The notes below the pieces were generated by a model, which saw only the letters and a list, made by a program, of their open reading frames with translations, made no database searches and was not told the DNA's origin. Below, one piece after another: positions 1 to 10,271 of a stretch of 64,000 nt of DNA. The DNA is taken from assembly GCA_963822945.1 (NCBI GenBank), contig CAWGJO010000004.1:1-64000 (forward strand). The letters are read 5' to 3'. The DNA is from an uncultured Gemmatimonadaceae bacterium. Its GTDB lineage: Bacteria; Gemmatimonadota; Gemmatimonadetes; Gemmatimonadales; Gemmatimonadaceae. A program made the translations under genes and the position numbers. Every line of letters starts with the position of its first letter. Positions within the stretch are counted from its first letter, which is position 1.

Positions 1-659
1 GGCACGGCCCGGCGGTGCTCGACGCCGACGGGCTCAACGTCTTCGACGGCGATCCCGAGCGGATGGCGAGGCTGCTCGACGGACGGAACGCCGTGATCAC
101 GCCGCATCCCGGCGAGTTCGCGCGGCTCACGCACACCACCATCCCCGAAGTGCTGGCGCGCCGGTTCGACATCGGCTGTCGGCTGGCGGCCCGCCTCGGC
201 GCGGCCGTGCTGCTCAAGGGGACGCCGACCGTGGTGTACGCACCCGACGGCACGGAGCGCCTGGTGAGCGCCAGCGGCAGCCCCGTGCTCGCCACCGGCG
301 GCAGCGGCGATCTGCTCACCGGGATCACCGTGACGCTGCTGGCCCAGATGGGGCGGCCCACGGCGGCCGCCGCCTGCGCGGCGTGGACGCACGGCCGCGC
401 CGCCGAACTCGCGCAGTTCGGAGGTGGCGCCCACGCCGAGGACGCGTTCTCCCCCGATCTCGACGAGTCGCTCGCCGACGGCGACGATCGCTCGGGCGTG
501 CGGCGCCGCGCCCGGACCGACACGGTGCCGCGGCGCGATGCGCGCGGCCTCACGCTCGACGACGTGCTCGCGGCGCTCCCCGAGGCGTGGCGACTGCGGC
601 GCGAACCGCCGCCTGCCCCCGTGCTCGTGGAACTGCCCGCCGTGGAAGACCAGGCGTGA
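1..659 (+). CDS. nnr: NAD(P)H-hydrate dehydratase (YjeF C-terminal/carbohydrate kinase domain), 5'-truncated by window edge
   Basis: Motifs LDADGL, TPHPGEFARL, VLLKG and LATGGSGDLLTG. The frame is open from the window start. Confidence 0.9.
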   Translation, partial: HGPAVLDADGLNVFDGDPERMARLLDGRNAVITPHPGEFARLTHTTIPEVLARRFDIGCRLAARLGAAVLLKGTPTVVYAPDGTERLVSASGSPVLATGGSGDLLTGITVTLLAQMGRPTAAAACAAWTHGRAAELAQFGGGAHAEDAFSPDLDESLADGDDRSGVRRRARTDTVPRRDARGLTLDDVLAALPEAWRLRREPPPAPVLVELPAVEDQA

Positions 660-1603
660 GCGAATCCCGGCACGTCGATCTCGGACCGGGCGCCGAATTC
701 GACGTCATCCGTGAACTGCTCCGCCAGTGGGGTCCGCTCAGCGCGGGCGCAGGCGACGACGCCGCCGTGCTCGACGTTCCACCCGGGCACCGGCTGGTGG
801 TGAGCGTCGATACCACCATCGAGGACGTGCACTTCCGGCGCGGCTGGATCACGCCGGTCGAGATCGGGTATCGCGCCGTCACGGCGGCGCTGAGCGATCT
901 TGCCGCGATGGCCGCGCTCCCCCTCGGGGTGCTCACGGCCTTCGTGCTTCCCGAGGCGTGGCGCGAACGGCTGCCCGAGATCGCCGACGGCATCGGCATG
1001 GCGGTGGCCCAGGCCTCGACGGCCGTGGTTGGCGGCAACATCTCGGCGGGCACCGAGTTGAGTGTCACCACCACCGTGCTCGGGCACGCTGCCAACGTGC
1101 TGCATCGCGACGGCGTGCGCGCCGGCGATGCCCTCTACGTCACCGGGCGGCTCGGCGGCTCCGGCGCGGCGTTGGCGGCGCTGCTCGCCGGGCGCCTGCC
1201 GCTCCCCGCGCACCGCGCACGGTTCGCGCATCCGTCGGCCCGCCTCGCCGAGGGGCGATGGCTGGCCGCGTGCGGGGGCCACGTCGGCCGTGGACATCTC
1301 CGACGGACTGGTGGCCGACGCGGCGCATCTGGCGGCGGCGGGCCGCGTGGGGGTGGAACTCGACCTCGGCGCGATTCCCGTGGTCGACGGGGTGGCGCCG
1401 CGCGACGCGACGGCCAGTGGGGAGGAATACGAACTGCTCGTCTCCGCGCCCGGCGCGCTCGATGCGGAGGCATTCGCGCATGCGTTCGGGTTGCCGCTCA
1501 CGCGCGTCGGGCGGGCGGTGGCCGAGCATCCGGGCGAAGTGGTGGTGCTGGACCAGGGCCGCCGCGTTGCGGGGGCGCGGGGGCACGACCACCTTCAGGG
1601 TTG

Positions 1604-1604
<1 letters not shown>
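656..1604 (+). CDS. thiL: Thiamine-monophosphate kinase (one frameshift near 1275)
   Basis: GTG at 656 overlaps the nnr stop. GEF-like start, GDDAA, LSDLAAM and VGGN lie in one frame. DISDGL and SGEEYELL continue in a second frame after a G-run. Confidence 0.9.
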
Positions 1605-3657
<2,053 letters not shown>

Positions 3658-3661
<4 letters not shown>

Positions 3662-3975
3662 GCCGCCCGCGCCGCCTGCCGCCGGGCGTCAGGAAACTGC
3701 TATGGGCGATGGTGGGCGTGGTCGCGCTCACCTTCGCCGTGCAGGGCGGGGAGTACAGCACCCTCGACCTGTTCCGCCAGCGACGGCAGGCCGCCGAATT
3801 GCGCACGGCGATCGATTCGTTGCAGCGCGTGGTCGACTCGCTCGGCCACTACCGCGACCGCGTGCTCCACGATCCCAGGCTGCAGGAGCGCATCGGGCGG
3901 GAGGAATTCGGGTGGGTGCGCGGCGACAAGGAGATCCTCTACCGGTTCGATACGCCGGACAGCGTGGGTCGATAG
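3658..3975 (+). CDS. ftsB: Septum formation initiator (FtsB/DivIC family)
   Basis: One TM helix, a coiled coil and [13 protein letters not shown]. Canonical position right after eno; GTG overlaps the eno stop. Confidence 0.8.
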
Positions 3976-4121
3976 GCGGGATGGTGTCGGGAATTGCCGC
4001 ACCGCGATGGGGGAATCTCCCGGCAGAGCACCGGCGTTTCCGCGACAGTGTGCCGCTGCGCCGGCGCGTAGCATGCGTTGCGGACATGAGCCGCGAGAAT
4101 CAGGCTACCGCCGGAGGACCG

Positions 4122-5021
4122 ATGACCGCCACAATTCAGGCGCCACCCCGCACCTATTCCATCCTGCTGCTGGCCAGCGACGGGTCGCCGGGCATGGAAG
4201 CGACCATCAGCATGGCCCGCCTCATCGCGTTGCGCGACCGGGCGCAGGTGCAGGTCGTGACGGCCGTCGAGCCGCTGCCGATGGTGACGCCGGAGGGGAA
4301 CCTCCCGCTCACGCCGGAGATCGAGGAGGGCCGCCGGCAGGGACTCGAGAAACAGGTGCTCGACCAACTGGCCCGGTTCGCGCCGGAATCGAAGGACTGG
4401 CCGGTCAAGCAGATCGACGGGCATCCCGATGCGACGATCGTGCGCGTGGCGCGCGAGGCCAGGGCCGACCTGATCGTCCTCGGCCTGGGCGAGCACGGGA
4501 TGGTGGACCGGTGGTTCGGCGGCGAGACCGCGCTGCGCGTGCTGGGCCTCTCCGACGTGCCCGTTTTCGCCGTCGCGCCGTCCGCCGACGCGCTCCCCAA
4601 GCGGGTACTGGTGGCCATGGACTTCAGCGAGACGAGCGAACGCGCGCTGGCCGCGGCGCTCCCGCTACTCGGCGAGGGGGCCAAGCTCACGATGGCCCAC
4701 GTGGTTCCGCGGGATATCTCCATGGGTGTGTGGCCGGCGTGGGACGACGCCTACGAGAACGCGGTGAAGGCGAGCTTCGCCGAGCTGCGCGGCCGGCTGC
4801 AGATTCCCGACACGATGTCGGCCGAGGAGCTGGTGCTGTACGGCGACCCGGCGCGGGAGCTGCTCCGCCAGGCGGAGAAGATGCAGGCAGACCTCATCGT
4901 GGCCGGCACGCACGGCCACAACGTGATTGCCCGCACCCTGCTCGGCCGCGTGTCCACCAAGTTGATCCGCGGCGCCGATTGCTCCGTGTTCATCCTGCCT
5001 CCGGGGGCGCGTGCGCACTGA
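4122..5021 (+). CDS. Tandem-domain universal stress protein
   Basis: Two USP repeats (ILLASDGS...DLIVLG and VLVAMDFS...DLIVAGTHG). GGAGG RBS before ATG 4122. Confidence 0.9.
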   Translation: MTATIQAPPRTYSILLLASDGSPGMEATISMARLIALRDRAQVQVVTAVEPLPMVTPEGNLPLTPEIEEGRRQGLEKQVLDQLARFAPESKDWPVKQIDGHPDATIVRVAREARADLIVLGLGEHGMVDRWFGGETALRVLGLSDVPVFAVAPSADALPKRVLVAMDFSETSERALAAALPLLGEGAKLTMAHVVPRDISMGVWPAWDDAYENAVKASFAELRGRLQIPDTMSAEELVLYGDPARELLRQAEKMQADLIVAGTHGHNVIARTLLGRVSTKLIRGADCSVFILPPGARAH

Positions 5022-6879
5022 GTTCCTGAGAAGCCGGGCGGTCGTCCTGCCGCTGGCCACCCTGGTGGTCATCGGCGTGGGGGCGGTTGCGCTGGCATCC
5101 GAAGGCGGCGCCGAGGCGAGTCACTGGGTGTGGTGGGGCGGCCTCATCGTGGTCGGGGCACCCGTGGTCTGGCGTACGTTCCGCGACGCCATGCGCGGAC
5201 ACTTTGCCACCGATCTCGTGGCCATGCTGGCCATCGTCGGCGCCGTGCTGCTCGGGCAGCCGCTGGCCGGCCTCGTGGTGGTGCTCATGCAGACGGGCGG
5301 CGAGGCGCTGGAGCACTACGCGGAGGGCCGTGCCTCGCGTGCCATCCGCGAACTCGAAGCGGCGGCGCCGCGCACCGCGCACCGGTTGGAGAACGGCTCG
5401 GTCACGGACCTCGCGGTCGATCAGATCGACGTCGGCGACCTGCTACTCGTGCGCCCCGGCGAGCTGGTGCCCTGCGACTCCGTGGTCACCGACGGGCACT
5501 CGCTGGTCGACGCCTCGCGGCTCACCGGCGAACCGATTCCCGTGAGCGCCGAGCAGGGCGTGGCGCTGATGAGCGGCAGCGTGAACGGCGACGGCGCACT
5601 CACCATCCGCGCCACGGCGCTGGCCAACGAGAGCCAGTACGCCCGGATCGTCGAACTGGTGCGGCACGCGCAGGAGAGCAAGTCCCCGTTGCAACGGCTG
5701 GCCGACCGGTACGCCGTGTGGTTCACGCCGATCACGCTTGGCGTGTGCGCCGCGGCGTACCTCACCACCGGCGACTGGGTGCGGGTGCTGGCCGTGCTCG
5801 TGGTCGCCACGCCCTGTCCGCTGATCCTCGCCACGCCCATTGCGATCATCGGGGGCATCAACGCGGCGGCGCGGCGCATGGTGATCGTGCGCAACGGCGG
5901 CGCGTTGGAACAGTTGAGCCGCGTGAACACCGCGGTGTTCGACAAGACGGGCACGCTCACCGTCGGCACGCCGGAAGTCAATCGCGTCGTGCCCGCACCG
6001 GGGTTTACCGAGGACGAGGTGCTTCGCCTCGCCGGCGCGCTGGAGCAGGGGTCCGGACATCTGCTCGCGCGCACCATCGTGCACACCGCCGAGGAACGGT
6101 TCGGCGTGTTGCCCACCGCCCGCCACCTGCACGAATCGCCGGGGCGCGGGCTGTCGGGCGACGTCGACGGGCACGAGGTCGCCGTCGGCGCTCGCGCGTA
6201 CATCCTGGAGCAGCCGGGTGTGTCGGCGGATGCGGTGGCAGCGTTGGAGCACGGGGGCAGCGGCCTGCGCGCCTACGTGGCCGTGGATCGCAAGCTGGCC
6301 GGCATCGTGGACTATGCCGACAAACTGCGCCCCGGCATCGCGGGCGTATTCGCCGACCTGCGGCACCTGGGTGTTCCGCGCGTACTGCTGCTCTCGGGCG
6401 ACCATACGCCGAACGCGCGGGCCGTGGCGGCCGAGGTGGGCATCACGGAGGTGTACGGCGATCTGCTGCCCGAGGACAAAGTGGCGGTGGTGAACCGGCT
6501 GCTGCACGAAGGGTCGCGGGTGGTGATGGTGGGCGACGGCACCAACGACGCGCCGGCGCTCACCGCCGCCGACGTGGGGATCGCCCTGGCCGGGCACGGC
6601 GGCGGCATCACGGCCGAGGCCGCGGACGTCGTCATCCTGGTGGACGAGCCGGCGCGCGTGGTCGAGGCCGTGCGGATCGGGCAGCGGACGATGCGCGTGG
6701 CGCGCCAGAGCATCTGGGTGGGGCTGGGGCTGAGCGCCGTGGCGATGGTCTTTGCGGCGCGCGGTTACATCATCCCGACCGTGGGCGCGCTCCTGCAGGA
6801 GGGGATCGACGTGGCGGTGATTCTCAATGCGCTGCGGACGAGCGGGGGGAGGAACGGAGGCTCCGGCCGGCCGGTGTGA
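5011..6879 (+). CDS. Heavy-metal-translocating P1B-type ATPase (TPCP type)
   Basis: TGE, VATPCP, DKTGTLT, GDGTND and last-TM QEGIDVAVILNALR. Confidence 0.92.
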   Translation: MRTEFLRSRAVVLPLATLVVIGVGAVALASEGGAEASHWVWWGGLIVVGAPVVWRTFRDAMRGHFATDLVAMLAIVGAVLLGQPLAGLVVVLMQTGGEALEHYAEGRASRAIRELEAAAPRTAHRLENGSVTDLAVDQIDVGDLLLVRPGELVPCDSVVTDGHSLVDASRLTGEPIPVSAEQGVALMSGSVNGDGALTIRATALANESQYARIVELVRHAQESKSPLQRLADRYAVWFTPITLGVCAAAYLTTGDWVRVLAVLVVATPCPLILATPIAIIGGINAAARRMVIVRNGGALEQLSRVNTAVFDKTGTLTVGTPEVNRVVPAPGFTEDEVLRLAGALEQGSGHLLARTIVHTAEERFGVLPTARHLHESPGRGLSGDVDGHEVAVGARAYILEQPGVSADAVAALEHGGSGLRAYVAVDRKLAGIVDYADKLRPGIAGVFADLRHLGVPRVLLLSGDHTPNARAVAAEVGITEVYGDLLPEDKVAVVNRLLHEGSRVVMVGDGTNDAPALTAADVGIALAGHGGGITAEAADVVILVDEPARVVEAVRIGQRTMRVARQSIWVGLGLSAVAMVFAARGYIIPTVGALLQEGIDVAVILNALRTSGGRNGGSGRPV

Positions 6880-6888
6880 TGGGACGGC

Positions 6889-6916
6889 TTGACGCCCCGT
6901 CCGCGCGGACTACTTT
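6889..6916 (+). promoter_or_regulatory. sigma70-type promoter for tRNA-fMet
   Basis: TTGACG-N16-TACTTT ending 11 nt upstream of the tRNA. Confidence 0.6.
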
Positions 6917-6927
6917 TCAGGCACTGA

Positions 6928-7001
<74 letters not shown>

Positions 7002-7005
7002 TACG

Positions 7006-7039
7006 CCGGCCGGTCCGCAAGGGCCGGCCGGTTTCTGTT
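7006..7039 (+). terminator. Intrinsic terminator-like hairpin after tRNA-fMet
   Basis: CCGGCCGGTCC-GCAA-GGGCCGGCCGG followed by TTTCTGTT. Confidence 0.6.
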
Positions 7040-7080
7040 GGGGCGGCGCGCGATTAGCTTTCGCGGCCGGAGAACTACGG

Positions 7081-7154
7081 GGCAGGGTAGCTCAGGTGGT
7101 TAGAGCACGGCACTCATAATGCCGGGGTCGTGGGTTCGAGTCCCACCCCTGCTA
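7081..7154 (+). tRNA. tRNA with CAT anticodon, probably elongator tRNA-Met (Ile2 not excluded)
   Basis: GGCAGGG/CCCTGCT acceptor stem, GCTC/GAGC D-stem, CGGCA-CTCATAA-TGCCG and GTGGG-TTCGAGT-CCCAC. Confidence 0.95.
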
Positions 7155-7157
7155 TCA
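7112..7157 (+). repeat. attL-like direct repeat (tRNA 3' half, 46 bp)
   Basis: Identical to 10096-10141: ACTCATAATGCCGGGGTCGTGGGTTCGAGTCCCACCCCTGCTATCA. Confidence 0.95.
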
Positions 7158-7160
7158 AGT

Positions 7161-7200
7161 AAGTCGTTCAGTCCTAATGGGTTGGGCCGACTTTTCTTTT
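7161..7200 (+). terminator. Terminator-like hairpin after tRNA
   Basis: AAGTCG...CGACTT stem with an inner GU-rich stem, followed by TTCTTTT. Confidence 0.55.
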
Positions 7201-7292
7201 CTAGGCGATCCATGGGAGGTCGCGTACAGTCCAGGATTTGGTACAGCGGGTGGTTTGGCGTCCGTTGCCGTCGGTCGGAGTTCCACCAGTCA

Positions 7293-7447
7293 CGATCGGC
7301 TTCCGCTATTCCGGGACCTTGGGGGTGGGAAATGTCATACGGTGCAGATCATCCGGGTCTTGAACTGACCTTCCCACCGCTTGAGACATACGGATTACGG
7401 GTCGGTTGATGTTGGGGGCCTGGGTCCCGAATAGCGGTCCGGTCGGG
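7293..7447 (+). ncRNA. Candidate structured RNA (or ssDNA/MITE-like element) of unknown family
   Basis: Long outer inverted repeat (7303-7318 with 7423-7437) enclosing two hairpins. G-U-type pairs favour the + strand. Confidence 0.4.
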
Positions 7448-7535
7448 GTCACGTCATGCGGTAGGCGGAACGGTAGGCGCGTCAGTGGCACGATGGCCAG
7501 TGGACACGCGCAAGTAGCACAAGTCTGATGAGCAG

Positions 7536-7769
7536 GTGCTGGAGGAGGGGCCTGGGCCCCAGGAGAGGAGGGCAGCCGTGGTCACGTCAGTTCAATGGGT
7601 GATCGTGCCTGCTTTGCTCGGGATCTGTGAGAACGTGGACGCGGTTGGGCTGCCCTGGTTGGCTGCAAGCTTCCTCTTGGCGCTTCACCTGCTGTGGTGC
7701 GCGATGGGATTCGTACCGTGGGCGAAACGCGCTGAGGCGAGCCTGCGCCGCGTTCTTGCCGTCGATTGA
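7536..7769 (+). CDS. Small hypothetical membrane protein or gene fragment
   Basis: Two hydrophobic segments and a C-terminal AKRAEASL resembling the end of the next gene. Confidence 0.4.
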   Translation: MLEEGPGPQERRAAVVTSVQWVIVPALLGICENVDAVGLPWLAASFLLALHLLWCAMGFVPWAKRAEASLRRVLAVD

Positions 7770-7789
7770 CAAGGCTAAGAGGGCAATGA

Positions 7790-8442
7790 ATGCCGAGCTA
7801 CGACTGGGCGTACGTTCTACCGTTCCATCGATTTGCATTCTCGACGTCGCTCGCCCCTGCCGACGTTGTTCATCGGTTGAACATGGCGTGTGACCCGGGG
7901 ACACCTACCCCCGACCAGTGGGGGCTCCTGCCCCGGAGACTTGGCCGTTCGCCGGGAGAGTGTTCAAGGATGGATTCCGGTTGCTAGCGCCAGCACCGCC
8001 CGTCTCCAGCCTGGTCTGGGTCGCCAATTATGGGGGGATATTTGGCCGGATCTACCGTTCCTGGCTGATCGGTACCCTGACTTCTGATCCGTCGAAGGGC
8101 ACGCGAGTGACGGTCACGGCGAGGTTGTCCGCCTTGCAGGCAATGGCTATGCCGGCTCTGCTTCTATTCATGGAGTGGTTCCCCGCCGGACCGGGGGAGC
8201 GCTTGATGGAGGTCGGGATTCTCCTTCGGAGTCCACCTCCTCTTGTGTGGAGTAGTATTTGCACCGCTCGCGAAGCTCGCCGAGCGGAGACTCCGCCAAC
8301 TCCTGCCCGGTATCTAGACGCTGGTCAGAGTTGGCGGCCGATGCGCGCGACAATCTGGCTCGCAGCATGCTCCGGAGCGGGCACGGCCACGCGATGCGGC
8401 CTCTTGCGCTCCCGGCTGCCTGGCGGGTCAGATGGTGGCTGA
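7790..8442 (+). CDS. Hypothetical membrane protein (frameshifted; end uncertain)
   Basis: ORF 7790 (FSTSLAPADVVHRL) joins ORF 7918 (PFAGRVFKDGFRL...GTRVTVTARL, then hydrophobic helices). Confidence 0.5.
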
Positions 8443-8850
8443 TCGGGCCGCCGTCCCCGCACAGGCTGCGGACCTTCGGCCACCTGATCGAGGAGCGCTT
8501 GAACGGCGGCCGCGCCGCCTTGTTCTGCGGCGACGAGAAGAGCTAGCGGTGTCCCTCGGATTTTGCGTACTCTGTCCCATTCCGCGCCCGGGATGAACGC
8601 AACGCTCTGTTCCGGCGCCGCATCTGACGCGCTCCCGGCGCTTCCACACCCGCCGCGCCTCATAGCCGTAGACGTCGGGTTGGTTGTCCGGGGTGCCCCG
8701 AGCCGAGGCCGGAAGGTCCCGGGGACCTCTGTCGCGGTCGCGCCCGATGTGCCACCTTCTGAAAACACACATGCCCCAGCCTCACGAAGTCAGAAGCTCG
8801 GGCACAGACTAGTATCGATATGTGGATGTGTTAGCTACCGAGCCACACTC

Positions 8851-9227
8851 ATGACTACTCGATTTCGGGTGAAGAAGACAGAATCCTTCGAGGGGCAGTT
8901 CCGAGTCATGGACGGGTCATCGACGGGGATGTCCACAGCGGGCAAGTCATTTGGCTGCCGTACGGCATCGACGCACAGGTCGAAGTCATTCCGCCGAGTC
9001 GAGGGAGTGCCGGAGCGCGCGCGTTGACGACGCTCGTTCTTCGATATCGTAACGAGTCAGAACACGAACGCTGGAAGGGGCTGAAGCTGTCTGGGAAGGC
9101 TGTCGACTTGCGTGAGCCGAACGAAGAAGCGCCGTTTCCTCTGGGTGTTGACGCGGCCCCATGGAGCGACGGCAAGTATCGCCATGAACCCGTTCGGTAT
9201 GGACCGGATCCCGACGATGATGAATAG
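8851..9227 (+). CDS. Hypothetical protein (frameshift near 8916)
   Basis: MTTRFRVKKTESFEGQFRVMDG continues as VIDGDVHSGQVIWLP...TTLVLRY...DDDE after a one-base shift. Confidence 0.5.
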
Positions 9228-9398
9228 CGGTCGCGCGCCCGGGCGACGTGGTGACCGCTTACCAACGAGGCGCTGTCTGTCGGAATCGACACCGTCGACC
9301 AACCTTCGGTCCCACCCGCAGCACTCGCCACCTAGCGATGCACGCGCGCTGGCGGCGTTATACAAGCTCACCGCGAATCTTGAGGTGTTCGTATGTCG

Positions 9399-9836
9399 AT
9401 GACTCGCCTTCCATTCCTGGCTCTTGCTCTTGCCTTCTGGTCGACTCCGATGAAGGCCCAGGAGCCTGACACCGTAGCCTTGAATCGCCGGGTGGAACAA
9501 CTAGAACGTCGGGTTCAGGACCTCGAGAGGCGTGTGCGTGCCCTAGAGGCACCACCGCAGCGGCTTCAAGGTGACACAGCCCGTCCAGCGTCAGGCGACT
9601 GGAAGCAAGTTGGCAACTGGCGCAGGCTCCGTCAGGGCATGACAATGACCGACGTCAGCACTCTCCTCGGGCAACCGGACAGGGTTGATGCCATGTCGGT
9701 CGTCATCATTTGGTACTACGGAGATGCGTCCGGCGGCACTGTCACCTTCGACGCGCAGTCGCAACACGTCACTGGATGGTCGGAACCGCATCGGGGGAGT
9801 GACGATAGCTCGTTACCTCCCGCGCGATCGCCGTAG
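9399..9836 (+). CDS. Exported protein with coiled coil and SmpA/OmlA(BamE)-like domain
   Basis: Signal peptide, heptads VEQLERRVQDLERRVRALE, then LRQGMT..DV..LLGQP...WYY. Confidence 0.7.
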   Translation: MTRLPFLALALAFWSTPMKAQEPDTVALNRRVEQLERRVQDLERRVRALEAPPQRLQGDTARPASGDWKQVGNWRRLRQGMTMTDVSTLLGQPDRVDAMSVVIIWYYGDASGGTVTFDAQSQHVTGWSEPHRGSDDSSLPPARSP

Positions 9837-10095
9837 GCCGGAGCCCGGTGGCATTCGAACGAGACGGAGCAGCGGCTTAAGGTCAGAAGCCACGCATCCC
9901 AGGACAACTCAATCAGGTCGGCGATGCTTATTGCGCGGCAGTCCTCAACGGTAAGGCGTCGCGGCGGAATGGGCTCGACGCCGCGGTTCGAGGTACCCAC
10001 GGCGGCACCCAAACTCGCGCCGTTCTGCGCCGCAGCGTTCCGCGTCACGCCGCACCCCCACTCTGTGAACCCTCGTCAGGGGAGGTCGGGGACGA

Positions 10096-10141
10096 ACTCA
10101 TAATGCCGGGGTCGTGGGTTCGAGTCCCACCCCTGCTATCA
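10096..10141 (+). repeat. attR-like direct repeat (tRNA 3' half fragment)
   Basis: 46/46 identity to 7112-7157. The 5' half of the tRNA is absent. Confidence 0.95.
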
Positions 10142-10158
10142 GCTAAGTGATGGTCTGC

Positions 10159-10193
10159 AAATGCCTTGTCGGAGTGATTCGACGGGGCATTTT
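10159..10193. terminator. Terminator-like hairpin (possibly bidirectional)
   Basis: AAATGCCTTGTCGG...TCGACGGGGCATTTT, between attR and the convergent GH3 gene end. Confidence 0.6.
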
Positions 10194-10271
10194 GCGTTCA
10201 GCGGCTGATCTGCTGCGCGGAACCGCCTCGCCGGGCTCGGGGCCCTTCCCCTTGGATCCGGGCCGGCAGCA

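Larger units (their letters stand above)
7112..10141. mobile_element. ~3-kb tRNA-integrated genomic islet without integrase
   Basis: Flanked by exact 46-bp tRNA 3'-end repeats. Visibly lower GC than its flanks and holds only small orphan ORFs. Confidence 0.85.

Noticed and set aside
7380..7402. Minus-strand resemblance (GTAATCCGTAT..CAAG) to my recollection of an IS110 bridge RNA segment
   Set aside because: Short, recalled from memory, on the strand disfavoured by G-U pairing, and no IS110 recombinase is in the window.
7306..7491. Minus-strand ORF with RLPHD as a tyrosine integrase remnant
   Set aside because: No HxxR continuation, no LGH or catalytic Tyr region; the match is too short.
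8544..8570. Possible IS terminal inverted repeat (AGCGGTGTCCCTCGGATTTTGCGTAC)
   Set aside because: No partner repeat, target duplication or transposase found.
10096..10141. Third tRNA gene
   Set aside because: Only the 3' half is present, with no D-arm or 5' acceptor strand. It is an att repeat.
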